Virus record (IMG/VR): IMGVR_UViG_3300042527_000802
Span: 1 to 64,000 of that record
Length of the DNA stretch: 64,000 nt
Strand: one strand, 5' to 3'
Source of the DNA: a virus
In this document: positions 9,938-20,575 of the stretch, one piece after another
How the letters are laid out: every line of letters begins with the position of its first letter
Numbering within the stretch: the stretch's first letter is position 1
Made by a program: the position numbers and the translations under genes
Notes under the pieces: model-generated
Seen by the model: only the letters and a program-made list of their open reading frames with translations
Database searches by the model: none
What the model was told of the DNA's origin: nothing

Positions 9938-12415
9938 ATGTTTATAAAATCAGAAAAATATAGCATATTACAATCTGCCTGCGGCATAGAATTGAAATTT
10001 ACAGAGCTAAGACCTGTAGAAGAAAAACTTGCAGATATAGTATCTATATCAAGATCAAATAGGATAAGTACAGCTCAAATTGTACAATTATCTAAGCCAT
10101 TAAGTTCTGGAGAATCTGTAAATATCAGATCTATTGCATCTGGGATCAACTTAACTAATCCAATAGATAATTCATTTACTGGCGATTATACGATTACAAA
10201 TGTAACATATCCTAGTAATGCTTCATCGACAGCCACTATATCATATTATCAAAATTTATCTGATTTTTTTAGCATTAATATTGCTGGTGATTTATATTCA
10301 ATTCCAAATATAGATCCAGCAGAAAATTATCTTATAGATTTTAATATAGAGTCTATAGTACCAAGTAGTGCTGAAGCAACATTAAGACCAAATAGATATA
10401 TTGTTAGTGGAAGAGAAATATTCACCCCTATAACAATACTAGAAATTAAATCAAGATTCTCTACATCTGCTAAAGTTTTAGTAAGAATGGTATTAAGAGA
10501 TCTTAAAACAAATAAAATTTTAAAGAATGAATATATTGAAGTTGTGATGACAGATGCTGATACTAAACCGTGTGAAATTATTACTCAGCAACCAATAGAT
10601 AATGAGTATTACTATTTAGATATATCTAATAATTGGACATATACTCATGATGGGTACACGTTAGCACAACTAATACCAAATAATAGAAATAATACATCTT
10701 TAAGATTAAACAAAAAAAATAATCAGTTATTACCAAGCCGAGGAAACTCAAATAAAATTAGAGTTATTGTTGATCCTATTAAGTTATCGGAAAAAAAGGT
10801 AACCATAGATCAAATCAGGACAGCTATGGTAAATCAATTCAATACTATAGAAAATTATTATGCTGTAGCTAATTTAGGAAATAAATCTTATGATATTATT
10901 GTTAAAGATATATTTCTACAGCCAGCAGATTTGAATAATATTGTGGTAGCCGTTGTTCCTCCCACTACAGGAATACCCGTTAAGTTTAACGAGGTGGCCA
11001 CCGCAATAAACTATACATCAGATTCTAGTGATATTCCTGGAATAAGTTTATTAAGATGGATAAATAATAATGAAACAGTATATATTGGAGAATTGCATTT
11101 TGATAAAAATGTTTATTTGGATGATACAATTAAAGTACAATATGGTCAATATGGATTATTTGGAAGTATAAAAGATTTTTACTCTGGATTAAGTTATTTA
11201 GAAGCGACTCCAACTCCAACTCCTACTCAAACCCCTACTCAGAGCGTAACTCCTAATCCAACAAGGACTATTACTCCAACTATAAGCATTACTCCTACTA
11301 CAACTCCAACGATTAGTATAACACCAAGCATAACGACAAGCGTTACTCCAAGTGTTACTCTAACAAAAACTCCGACAACAACACCAACTATTAGTGTTAC
11401 TCCAAGCATAACAGCCACTGTAACACAAACTCCTAGCACAACACCAACCATTAGTATTAGTCCAACGATAAATGTTAGCTCAACACCGACAGTTACTCCT
11501 ACTATTAGTATTACTCCAAGTGTAACAATTACTACAACTCCAACAGTAACACCAACTATCAGTATTACTCCAAGCATAACGCCTACTACAACTCAAACAG
11601 TGACCCCAACTATTAGTTTAACCTCTACTATAACTCCAACTGTTACTGTTACACCAAGTATTACTACTAGTATAACGCCAACAATAACTACTAGCATAAC
11701 TCCAACACCAACATCAGAGCCAATAACAATACAAAGAATTGACGATACAGATGCTGTATACTCCTGTTCGACGGAAAATTCTGTAAATGTAACTATACCA
11801 TCCACTGTTCAGTCTGGTGATTTAATATTAGCAATAGTTATGAGACGATCATCATTAACTAATACTGCAAGTTTTTCACTAGTATCAGAAATTCAAAATC
11901 CAAGTACTGTAAATACAGATCAATGGACATCTATATATAGAAAAACAGCAACAAGCGGTGATGCATCATCCACAATAACATTCCAACAAAGTTCAAACGG
12001 TAGACTAGGAGTCTCATTGATAGTTTTAAGAAGTAGTAATGGCATATATAATGTTGAGTCATCGGCTACCAATTCAGACACTCAAATAAATAATTTGCCA
12101 ACAGTAACTAGTGGTGGAAGCAATAGAGTGGCAATAGCAGCAATATCTAATATTTATAGCTATACAGTTACCAGTGGCTCTGCATGTGATATTATTAATT
12201 ACATTAATGCTCCAGCAGGATATACTCCAACTACAATAGAGTCAATGTGTGCATATGAAGATTCTGGAACTACTCCAAACTGCCAGATATTACGAATAGG
12301 AGCAGCATATAAGTATATAAATAATGCTGGTTCAGTAAATACTGGTGAAACATTTACATCAAATATTGGAACATATAATATTGGTCAAATAGCACTAATA
12401 ATATCACCGTATTGA
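9938..12415 (+). CDS. Virion surface protein with an AcrB docking-subdomain-like segment, Thr/Pro-rich stalk and C-terminal beta domain
   Basis: SD aagga before ATG 9938. KIRVIVDPIKL...TIDQIRTAM..Q...DLNNIVV...GIPVKFNEVA segment; about 170 aa of Thr/Pro repeats; VTIPSTVQSGDLILAIV motif. Confidence 0.6.
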   Translation: MFIKSEKYSILQSACGIELKFTELRPVEEKLADIVSISRSNRISTAQIVQLSKPLSSGESVNIRSIASGINLTNPIDNSFTGDYTITNVTYPSNASSTATISYYQNLSDFFSINIAGDLYSIPNIDPAENYLIDFNIESIVPSSAEATLRPNRYIVSGREIFTPITILEIKSRFSTSAKVLVRMVLRDLKTNKILKNEYIEVVMTDADTKPCEIITQQPIDNEYYYLDISNNWTYTHDGYTLAQLIPNNRNNTSLRLNKKNNQLLPSRGNSNKIRVIVDPIKLSEKKVTIDQIRTAMVNQFNTIENYYAVANLGNKSYDIIVKDIFLQPADLNNIVVAVVPPTTGIPVKFNEVATAINYTSDSSDIPGISLLRWINNNETVYIGELHFDKNVYLDDTIKVQYGQYGLFGSIKDFYSGLSYLEATPTPTPTQTPTQSVTPNPTRTITPTISITPTTTPTISITPSITTSVTPSVTLTKTPTTTPTISVTPSITATVTQTPSTTPTISISPTINVSSTPTVTPTISITPSVTITTTPTVTPTISITPSITPTTTQTVTPTISLTSTITPTVTVTPSITTSITPTITTSITPTPTSEPITIQRIDDTDAVYSCSTENSVNVTIPSTVQSGDLILAIVMRRSSLTNTASFSLVSEIQNPSTVNTDQWTSIYRKTATSGDASSTITFQQSSNGRLGVSLIVLRSSNGIYNVESSATNSDTQINNLPTVTSGGSNRVAIAAISNIYSYTVTSGSACDIINYINAPAGYTPTTIESMCAYEDSGTTPNCQILRIGAAYKYINNAGSVNTGETFTSNIGTYNIGQIALIISPY
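11207..11713 (+). repeat. Thr/Pro/Ser-rich mucin-like coding repeat ([11 protein letters not shown]-type units)
   Basis: Degenerate tandem units visible in protein and DNA. Confidence 0.9.
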
Positions 12416-12453
12416 TTGAGGTAGCTGTGTAGCATATCACGAAGGAGATAGAT

Positions 12454-13215
12454 ATGATTAATTTTCATTCTTATATATATTCATTAATCATACTATTTCT
12501 ACTATCTTGCTCTTGTATATCAGGAACTATTGATCCAGTAAGATCAGACTCTGAATATATAGAATATGGTAAAAAATTCAGTTCAGTAATACCGATAACT
12601 GGTGAATATGGTGGAGTAATTTTTCAAGCATCGTCAGTTGCTATAAAAAAAAGATATGTATTAACCGCAGCCCATGTTGTAAAGAAAGCATCAAATTGCT
12701 ATATAATACATAAAAATAAACGAATAAAAATTAAAAATATTATATGTCATAAAGATTTTCAAGAAGAAAAATTTGGAATAGCGGATATAGCATTATGTGA
12801 ATCTGATGAAGACATAGAAATATTGGAGTATCCTAAATTATATAGTGAAAGAGATGAGCTAGATAAAATAGCTTCTATATGTGGTTATGGAATATCAGGT
12901 AGATTTGATAATAATATTAAAATTAGCGATAGTACTAAACGAGCTGGATTAAATTTAATAGAATATATACAAGATGAACTTTTAGTATGCACAGCATCAA
13001 GACAATCTGATAAAACTAAAACAACATTAGAATTTATAATCGCTCATGGAGATAGTGGTGGAGGATTATTTATTCAAGATCAACTTGCCGGAATAAACTC
13101 ATGTGTTATGGCTGCTGATAAAAAAACAGATTCTTCATATGGAGATGAGAGTTGTCATACTAGAATTAGTACATATATACCATGGATAGAAGAGAATACA
13201 AATTATGAGAAATAA
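12454..13215 (+). CDS. Trypsin-like serine protease (S1) with N-terminal signal/TM segment
   Basis: Catalytic triad motifs LTAAHV, DIAL, GDSGGG. Confidence 0.9.
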   Translation: MINFHSYIYSLIILFLLSCSCISGTIDPVRSDSEYIEYGKKFSSVIPITGEYGGVIFQASSVAIKKRYVLTAAHVVKKASNCYIIHKNKRIKIKNIICHKDFQEEKFGIADIALCESDEDIEILEYPKLYSERDELDKIASICGYGISGRFDNNIKISDSTKRAGLNLIEYIQDELLVCTASRQSDKTKTTLEFIIAHGDSGGGLFIQDQLAGINSCVMAADKKTDSSYGDESCHTRISTYIPWIEENTNYEK

Positions 13216-14116
13216 AATAGGCTTATTACCATATATTAGAGAAGATTTAGATGGTCTTAGTACAACCATGCCAGCAATGATGGGCTGGGAGATTACTGAA
13301 TTTGATATACCAAAATTTTGGAGACAATCTAGAGGCGAAAATGTAAAAGTAGCAGTTATAGATACTGGCGTTGATTTTAATCATGAAGACATAAAAAATA
13401 ATATATTATCTGGTAAAAATTTTGTTGATCCAGGCAAAGACCCTATGGATGTTGCTGGTCATGGTACTCATGTTAGCAGTACAATAGCAGCAGAAGATAA
13501 TGGATGCGGAATAGTTGGAGTTGCTAATAGAGCTAAAATAATGCCAATAAAAGCTCTTGGCGATGATGGTAGCGGTAATATGCAAAATGTTGTCTCTGCA
13601 ATAAAATATGCTGCTGATGCTGGAGTGGATTTTATAACAATGAGTTTAGGATCACCAGCGCCATCTAGATATATAGAAGATGCTATTAATTATGCCGCAA
13701 GTAAAGGATGTATTATATTTTGTGCAGCTGGCAATAGTGGTCCGGACGTGGATATAATGTATCCTGCAAAATATAATAATACTATTAGTATTGGAGCAAT
13801 AGACAAAAGATTAAATAGAACTAGTTTTACTTGTAGTGGAGATTCTTTAGATTTTTTAGCACCAGGACATGAAATAGTAGGTTGCGTTCCTGGAAATAAT
13901 TATGCAATGATGAGTGGCACAAGTATGAGTAATCCGTATGCTGTGGGATTGGCCTGTTTATTATTGTCTTACAACAAGTCCGAAAAACGCTATCATTTAA
14001 AAACATGCGAAGACTATATAGAGGTTTTTAAAACTGCCGTTACAGATCTTGCTGATAGTCGCTATAAGGGAATTAAGAGATATCAGGGATACGGGATCAT
14101 GCATCCTGTCTTATAG
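13205..14116 (+). CDS. Subtilisin-like S8 serine peptidase
   Basis: VAVIDTG, HGTHV, AAGNSG, SGTSMS motifs. Confidence 0.95.
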   Translation: MRNKIGLLPYIREDLDGLSTTMPAMMGWEITEFDIPKFWRQSRGENVKVAVIDTGVDFNHEDIKNNILSGKNFVDPGKDPMDVAGHGTHVSSTIAAEDNGCGIVGVANRAKIMPIKALGDDGSGNMQNVVSAIKYAADAGVDFITMSLGSPAPSRYIEDAINYAASKGCIIFCAAGNSGPDVDIMYPAKYNNTISIGAIDKRLNRTSFTCSGDSLDFLAPGHEIVGCVPGNNYAMMSGTSMSNPYAVGLACLLLSYNKSEKRYHLKTCEDYIEVFKTAVTDLADSRYKGIKRYQGYGIMHPVL

Positions 14117-14746
14117 TTTGACCAACACTCCTAATTGATCATATATTTTGAATAGTAAATAATTATCTTCAATATTTTTAAGATATTCATCAACTGCTGC
14201 TTTTACACCTGGAAGATCTTGTCTTTCGTAGTCATGAAATATAATACATCCACCTTTAGATAGCTTTGGATAGACTAAGGACAAACTATCAAATATACTA
14301 TCATAAAAATCCCCATCTAAAAATCCAAAACTAATATTTTCTGGTAATTGATCAGATTTAATATCTTTGAACCATCCTTGAGTTATTATTGGTAACTTTA
14401 AACCATTATTAGTAAAATTAGATTTTAAAATATCTATTGAGGTTTTAAGGGTTCCAGATTTCCATCCACTATTTTCTTCATATTTGCTTAATTCTGGAAG
14501 ACCATCAAAAGAGTCATAAACATATAATTTTTTATCTGAACAATAGTGATCTAATATCATTCTTAAATATTTTGAAGATTCCCCAACATAACATCCAAAT
14601 TCAACAATATCACCAATAATATTTTGTTTTAAAATACTATCTAAAACACATAATATAGCATTAATTTGACCACGAGATATAATACTTGCATCTATAGTAT
14701 TATTAGGTCTGCTTAATAATAATTCTGGAATCTGATTATTTAACAT
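14111..14746 (-). CDS. TylF/MycF/NovP-family sugar O-methyltransferase
   Basis: GDIVEFGCYVG, YDSFDGLPE, GWF.D, LDGDFYDS, GG.IIFHDY. Confidence 0.9.
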   Translation of the reverse strand: MLNNQIPELLLSRPNNTIDASIISRGQINAILCVLDSILKQNIIGDIVEFGCYVGESSKYLRMILDHYCSDKKLYVYDSFDGLPELSKYEENSGWKSGTLKTSIDILKSNFTNNGLKLPIITQGWFKDIKSDQLPENISFGFLDGDFYDSIFDSLSLVYPKLSKGGCIIFHDYERQDLPGVKAAVDEYLKNIEDNYLLFKIYDQLGVLVKL

Positions 14747-14748
14747 AA

Positions 14749-15387
14749 TTATTGTTTCTTAAAACATCCCCAGGCAACATCTACAAATTTATCATACCAT
14801 TCATGTTCTATTAAATTATATGATTCTATAGATTCTATAATATCTAAATCTTGTATTTCATGCCAGTTCCATATTTTTTGATTCATGTTTTCTTTGAAAT
14901 ATGTTTCATTTGGAGCATAATCATGTGTCATGATAATATCATTAGTTTTTAGATATTTAGATAATATATTAAATTCACATTTTTTACATCCGCCGTCACA
15001 TAAAACAAGAGTAAGTCCTTCAGAACTAATAAAATCTGATACGGTATTATCCGCAAGTTCAGAGTATTGATCATTAAATATATTGGAAACTTTTGAATCT
15101 ACTCCGTAGTTTATTAATTGATCATACCATGGATATGATACAATATCATAGGTAATAATATCTATATTTTGATTCAAATCTTGCTTGCAAATACCCAAAA
15201 AGGCGCTAAAGCCTCCCATAGCAGTTCCTATTTCTATGATCCTAGATGGTTTAATATTTTCTATAAAATCATAAAATGTTTTGAATGCATTATGATGTTG
15301 TTGAGCGCTATGTCCATTGAATATAGACAAACCATCATTATTTAATAAGTCTATATTTTTATTAATTGAATTATCAAAATTAATCAT
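14749..15387 (-). CDS. Class I SAM-dependent methyltransferase (CmcI/Methyltransf_24-like)
   Basis: PSRIIEIGTAMGG, TYDI, LCDGG, HDY. Confidence 0.7.
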   Translation of the reverse strand: MINFDNSINKNIDLLNNDGLSIFNGHSAQQHHNAFKTFYDFIENIKPSRIIEIGTAMGGFSAFLGICKQDLNQNIDIITYDIVSYPWYDQLINYGVDSKVSNIFNDQYSELADNTVSDFISSEGLTLVLCDGGCKKCEFNILSKYLKTNDIIMTHDYAPNETYFKENMNQKIWNWHEIQDLDIIESIESYNLIEHEWYDKFVDVAWGCFKKQ

Positions 15388-15398
15388 ATTAAATCCTA

Positions 15399-15914
15399 TT
15401 ATAATTTGTTACAAAATAATACGCCCATATAATCTGGTGCGGTTGCGAATTTGCCATGAGTATGGATATTAAAGCCCCATTCTGGTATCTTGCTCATGAA
15501 TTGTTGTTTTAGTTCTTCTGTATGGTATTCTAATGCAAATTCTGTAATATTATTTAGATCTTGTTTTTTTAGATCTAGAAGAATATTTTCATGTCCTTCA
15601 ATATCACATTTAATTGCTGTAATATTGTATTTTATAATTAAGTTTAGACATTGAGTACTATGATTTAGTACTAAATATTCAAATATATATTTATTATTAT
15701 TTTGTGTTATATTTTTATAATATTCAATATCTCCGATATTAGCATCTATGCCAACAACAAGATTAGCATTGTTAGCAAAATATATTGGACTCAATTCATT
15801 AACATCTTCTGTATACCATTTGCCACAACCAAGATCTAACACATTATGTTTGTTAGTATTAAAATATTTCCAATGATCACTAGAATTTTCGCTATATATG
15901 GTATGAGTATTCAT
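15399..15914 (-). CDS. FkbM-like methyltransferase-fold protein
   Basis: VLDLGCG, IKCDIEGHE, LEYH. Confidence 0.6.
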   Translation of the reverse strand: MNTHTIYSENSSDHWKYFNTNKHNVLDLGCGKWYTEDVNELSPIYFANNANLVVGIDANIGDIEYYKNITQNNNKYIFEYLVLNHSTQCLNLIIKYNITAIKCDIEGHENILLDLKKQDLNNITEFALEYHTEELKQQFMSKIPEWGFNIHTHGKFATAPDYMGVLFCNKL

Positions 15915-15915
15915 T

Positions 15916-16848
15916 TTAAATTTCTAATAAATTAAGTATGTGTTTTAGTCTGTTGTGCGGACTACAGTATTTATTATAATAATCGAAAGCATTTTTGCTA
16001 ATAAAATTTAAAAAATCTATATTATTTTTAATTTCATAAAATTTATTTTTATATGCTTCAATATATGCATCCCCACCTACTAGAGCGCTATAGTTATCTG
16101 TTGATAAACTATTTCTATTAATAGATATATAATGATAATTAGGTAATAGTTTTGGATAATAATTACCTATTAATTCTAGTCTCATTAAAGGTAATCCTAT
16201 AGACATATAATCAAAATCTCTATGACATAGTTCATATGTAGATGTTGGTATTGATAATCCTACTTTATAGCAAATAGCTTTTTCTAAATATTCTTCAAAT
16301 GGTAATCCTGGAAAAAGTTCATTTATTAATCCAATTGAACTAAGTTTATATTCATCCCCACGACCAGTTGTGGTTCTTAGAAACATTTTATCAATTAAAT
16401 CATTTTCTTTTTTTAGTTTTCTTGTGTTATAAAAAAAATGATAGTTTATTTTTGGACTAAAAGGATAAAAGGTTGTTGGTTTTAATTTAAACTTATAATT
16501 ATCTAGATCAGTTAGATGATTGCCCCAACTCAAATTATGTAAAACTATTAATATATCATTAGGATTATTTCTAGTTTTTAGAATATCAATAACATCGGTT
16601 TTTATCTCTGAAAAAGATATAATTTTTAAGCTATCATTTTCATCATTATATATTATTATTTCACAATCACCAACATTATAATTAAATAATTCTACATAAA
16701 CATGTCCACCAAATTGTGTGTTTATTGTTGCATTGTAAGAGTTTTGTAAATATAAAGATAATTCATTAAATAAATCGTGTAGTGTCCATAGAGAATTTTC
16801 TTTTCTAGTATAAAAAACACTATACATACTAACAGTACCATTTATCAT
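15916..16848 (-). CDS. Hypothetical protein, possibly GT-B glycosyltransferase-like
   Basis: C-terminal EYLE...LSIP...CHRDFDYMSIG.P...PN.HYI pattern; located in the glycosylation operon. Confidence 0.4.
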   Translation of the reverse strand: MINGTVSMYSVFYTRKENSLWTLHDLFNELSLYLQNSYNATINTQFGGHVYVELFNYNVGDCEIIIYNDENDSLKIISFSEIKTDVIDILKTRNNPNDILIVLHNLSWGNHLTDLDNYKFKLKPTTFYPFSPKINYHFFYNTRKLKKENDLIDKMFLRTTTGRGDEYKLSSIGLINELFPGLPFEEYLEKAICYKVGLSIPTSTYELCHRDFDYMSIGLPLMRLELIGNYYPKLLPNYHYISINRNSLSTDNYSALVGGDAYIEAYKNKFYEIKNNIDFLNFISKNAFDYYNKYCSPHNRLKHILNLLEI

Positions 16849-17539
16849 GATATTGAGTTAAAATATTTACAGCATGCTCTGAATTATTATTTAATTTAAT
16901 ATTATTATACAGTGCAGAAAAAGTTATTTCGTCTATATTTCCAGCGGGTATATTTGGTAGATTATTTGTATATTTAATCTTTATGCATTCTTCCCATGTG
17001 TCTAAAAATTTATTAAAAGATTCTTTTGATATATCAAAATATTGAACGCAGTCCTCTGAAACAAGCATATTGGTTTTATCAAATGAAACCCCAAATTGAT
17101 TTTCGTAATACTTTAGTCTTTGTCCTAGCATACTATTATTAGCCATTTCTTTTTCAAGAATAAAATTTACTGGCCCAGAAATAGTATTTTCAGAAAAACA
17201 CTTATCAATATTATTTTGATTAAATCTAGAACTATCTGCTACTGAGTCGGCATCGGAAAGGATAATTCTTGTATATCCATTATCTAAAGCAAGTTTTAAA
17301 GAAAATCTTTTAACAGAAAAATCAAAATCGTAATAATTTGTATTATATTTTGTATATTTTTGATTATAACTATTTATATGATCTGTGAATACAAAATTAT
17401 ATTTTAAAATAGAATTAGGATTATCTGTTACAACAAAGACATTGGGTTTTTCATCTAAAATTAAGAAGGATTCTATCATTCTATTAACTTGACTATAATA
17501 TCTATCCCCATAACAGAACGTTGAAACTGCAAAATTCAT
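16829..17539 (-). CDS. Hypothetical GT-A-fold glycosyltransferase-like protein
   Basis: VVTDN, K followed by IILSDADS (DxD), late DE motif; operon context. Confidence 0.45.
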   Translation of the reverse strand: MNFAVSTFCYGDRYYSQVNRMIESFLILDEKPNVFVVTDNPNSILKYNFVFTDHINSYNQKYTKYNTNYYDFDFSVKRFSLKLALDNGYTRIILSDADSVADSSRFNQNNIDKCFSENTISGPVNFILEKEMANNSMLGQRLKYYENQFGVSFDKTNMLVSEDCVQYFDISKESFNKFLDTWEECIKIKYTNNLPNIPAGNIDEITFSALYNNIKLNNNSEHAVNILTQYHDKWYC

Positions 17540-17541
17540 AC

Positions 17542-18819
17542 TTATAAAGTTCCTGTTATTCTTTCACACCAATCTTTACTTCTACTATGTGGCCACACAA
17601 CCCAGTATTTAGGTTTAATATCAGTTTCAAATTCTCTCCATACCTTACAATATCCATCAGGATCATTCATCATATTTGCTATCTCATTAGGATCTGCATC
17701 TTTTCTAAATATGGTATTATCTTGATCATCGTGAAATGCTACAACCCAAAAATCATAATCTTGTTCTGGCACTTGATCATATCTAACATCTATACAATGT
17801 TTAAAAATTTTCATTAATTGATTATCAAAATTAGTATCATCTAAATGACTAGTTTCTGGATCTGGTGGAGCTTTATGATCCTGAACTCTTTTTTGTATTG
17901 CTCTTTTTCCAAAGCTTAATCCAGAATATTTTTCATAATCTCTTAAGCTTCTAACGGTACCAAATCCATATGGACCAAAATCTATATCTCTTTTTTCACC
18001 ATCCATTTCAAATAGCTTGCGATTTCTTAAGTGGCAAGTATCATTTCTTTTAGCCCATACTGGATCATCATCCCATTGTTTGGTTCGCCCTTTTCTAGTA
18101 TATTCGTGCCAACAAACAACTTTATGAGGATGGAATATGTCATATCCATGTGTAAAGGCTCTTACTGCTATACTAATTTCTTCGCCATGAAAATAATAGT
18201 TAGGATCATGCTGTACTTCTGTGCAAAATTCTCCAACACTAAAAGCAAAATGAGCACTATAAAATCTACCTGGTAATGGTTTAGTATTATCATCCCAGCT
18301 ATCGAATGATGCAGGAAGGAAGAAAACGGCACCTTCTGGAATAAATCTATCAAAATTCATCTTCCAAGGCTCTTGAACTCTTGCTCCAGGATCATTTTCA
18401 GGATCGAAACTAGGTATATAAGATGTAATTAGCGGCTTTGGATGGCCATCTTTCTGCAAATCAACGAGCATATTTATAAGTTCTTCATCCCAATTTTGTG
18501 CAAATCTATGATGACTATCTAATTGTAAAGTATATTTTTCTCCATCATATAATGATTGAACTTTATTTCTAGCCCAACATACTCCTTGACTATCTTTATA
18601 ATTAATGTCTAATATTCTAAATCTTGGATCATTTTTGTATTCATCTAAAATATCCCAAGAATCTTGTTCTGCATGTTGCCATGATATTCCTATTCTTAAA
18701 TTTTCTGGATATTTAGCTTTAGCTATCATATCCTTTAAAGTAGGCAATAGCTGAGGATCTCTGTAAGATGCTATTTGAATAAAAATAGTATTAATTTTCT
18801 CTTCGTTGTTTTCCATCAT
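17542..18819 (-). CDS. GT60-family polypeptide/hydroxyproline alpha-GlcNAc transferase (Skp1 GlcNAcT/Gnt1-like)
   Basis: IFIQIASYRDP, GVCWAR, LQLDSHHRF..WD, F.GEE..IAVRAFTHGYD motifs. Confidence 0.85.
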   Translation of the reverse strand: MMENNEEKINTIFIQIASYRDPQLLPTLKDMIAKAKYPENLRIGISWQHAEQDSWDILDEYKNDPRFRILDINYKDSQGVCWARNKVQSLYDGEKYTLQLDSHHRFAQNWDEELINMLVDLQKDGHPKPLITSYIPSFDPENDPGARVQEPWKMNFDRFIPEGAVFFLPASFDSWDDNTKPLPGRFYSAHFAFSVGEFCTEVQHDPNYYFHGEEISIAVRAFTHGYDIFHPHKVVCWHEYTRKGRTKQWDDDPVWAKRNDTCHLRNRKLFEMDGEKRDIDFGPYGFGTVRSLRDYEKYSGLSFGKRAIQKRVQDHKAPPDPETSHLDDTNFDNQLMKIFKHCIDVRYDQVPEQDYDFWVVAFHDDQDNTIFRKDADPNEIANMMNDPDGYCKVWREFETDIKPKYWVVWPHSRSKDWCERITGTL

Positions 18820-20455
18820 AAAAATGTACTCTATTATGGGTTATAGGGCTGGCTAATAATATTCCTGGTCTAACTTTATTTTCAACTGTTAATGTATAAA
18901 TATGGCTCATCCAAGTTTGTTCAAACGGATGATCCCACTTAGTATCTAAGAATAATTTTTGATTTCCTTCTTGATCTATAATATGAGGCCAATTAGAATA
19001 GTAAATCTCGCCTTCGGCGTAAGGAGTACCATTTATAGTTTTAATATGGGTAAATCTAGTATTAGGTCTTTTATTTGTTTGTTTAAAGTACTCTACTCGT
19101 TTATTTGATGGTAGATTATGCCAACTCCACTGCTCGCCGTTGTGGCCGTAAAATTCACTAAAGCTAAATTTTAAAAAGTCATATTGTTCAATAGTCATTA
19201 ATCTTAATAAAGTATTATATAAATTATTAATATTTTTATTAAAACCAAAAGAGCATCTAGTATCTGATAAGTCTAATAACATATCATCCTCAAAAAACAT
19301 CATATATTTAGAGCCAAGACGATCAAAATGTTCTGCACAAAATTGTCTTGCTCCACAAACACCCATATTTCCTTGTTTAATTTGTTCAGAAAATGAGTAT
19401 TTTTTACATATATTATCATATTTTTCAGATGTTGATTCATCTGTAGAGTTATTTATAAGTACTTTTTTAGTTTTGGTTAAAAAATTAGTATCATATTTTT
19501 CAAAACTATCAAGAACCATCTCTAGTTGTTCTGGTGAATTAAATGTATTAAGATATAATATAACATCGTTATTATTATGTTGTTTTCTAGGATTAGACGA
19601 TATTGATTCTTTTATAAAATCAATTTTTTGGTTTTTTACTTTTTCAAAAAAGGTGCTAATTAGTCCATCATTATTAATCATTTCAAAAATATAACTATCT
19701 GGTTCCAAGTAAGTCATAAGAGTAAAAATACTCTCTTCTGTGCCCATATATCCATCTTCCAAGGTATCTCTTAATAATCCATAATAAAGTTCATTTGCCT
19801 TTGTTATATAGTCTATATGACCACCAAAAAATCCACCACGTGCCACTCTGTTTACAGTATCAGATTTAGCATATTTTTTCATTCCATTTATATCAAATCC
19901 ATGTATTTCGCTATTTGTCTCATAAGGAAAACATATGAATAAAAATTTATTAACAATTGACTCTATTTTATCTATTACTTTATCATGACTAAAATATCCA
20001 GGATGTACAGTATTTGTTATTCCTCCATCTAACCAAAACATATATTCAGTGTTAAATGGATTAAATACTTTTGCATTATGCAATAGGAACATTTTACTCA
20101 TTACCATAGGATTATAAAATTCCATTCTGGCTTGAGTACTATCCTTTAGCCACCCAGTAGAGTTTTTCCACTGGTCATTATTTCTTATTTGTTGTACTTT
20201 ATCAAAAAATGGAAAAAATCCACCACCAAAATCTTCTTTTTTATGATGGTAAACTCTAGTATTAGATTCACTTCTATATTTCCACACCAAATCCTCATAT
20301 TGTGGATCTATAAATACTATAAGATTAGTATCATTAAGATTTTGCAGAAGTGTGGTAAAATTATCTATATAGTGCTGGAATTTCCTAGCCCAGCCTTCAT
20401 CTAGAGCGCCCCTATTGAGATCCCATATGCCAGTGACTATAGTAGTATTTTTCAT
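18791..20455 (-). CDS. HtrL/YibB-like glycosyltransferase fused to a GT2-like C-terminal domain
   Basis: TIVTGIWDLNR, PFNTEYMFWLDGG, GGFFGG, GTEE; C-terminal NMGVCGAR..FFEDD. Start reassigned to ATG at 20455 because the upstream extension overlaps promoters. Confidence 0.7.
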   Translation of the reverse strand: MKNTTIVTGIWDLNRGALDEGWARKFQHYIDNFTTLLQNLNDTNLIVFIDPQYEDLVWKYRSESNTRVYHHKKEDFGGGFFPFFDKVQQIRNNDQWKNSTGWLKDSTQARMEFYNPMVMSKMFLLHNAKVFNPFNTEYMFWLDGGITNTVHPGYFSHDKVIDKIESIVNKFLFICFPYETNSEIHGFDINGMKKYAKSDTVNRVARGGFFGGHIDYITKANELYYGLLRDTLEDGYMGTEESIFTLMTYLEPDSYIFEMINNDGLISTFFEKVKNQKIDFIKESISSNPRKQHNNNDVILYLNTFNSPEQLEMVLDSFEKYDTNFLTKTKKVLINNSTDESTSEKYDNICKKYSFSEQIKQGNMGVCGARQFCAEHFDRLGSKYMMFFEDDMLLDLSDTRCSFGFNKNINNLYNTLLRLMTIEQYDFLKFSFSEFYGHNGEQWSWHNLPSNKRVEYFKQTNKRPNTRFTHIKTINGTPYAEGEIYYSNWPHIIDQEGNQKLFLDTKWDHPFEQTWMSHIYTLTVENKVRPGILLASPITHNRVHFYDGKQRREN

Positions 20456-20495
20456 AGATATGGATAGTAGTATATAACTCTCGGCGCCTGCATAA

Positions 20496-20524
20496 TATAT
20501 AATCACTTTTCCTTGTACTGTCAA
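20496..20524 (-). promoter_or_regulatory. Sigma70-type promoter for the minus-strand glycosylation operon
   Basis: Minus strand TTGACA-17 nt-TATATA, about 40 nt upstream of ATG 20455. Confidence 0.55.
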
Positions 20525-20547
20525 GGCCACAAATTTTTGGAAGGTGG

Positions 20548-20575
20548 TTGACAAAAGATTTGGCCGTTCTATAAT
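20548..20575 (+). promoter_or_regulatory. Consensus sigma70 promoter for the plus-strand operon
   Basis: TTGACA (20548-53), 16 nt, TATAAT (20570-75), upstream of ATG 20610. Confidence 0.75.
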
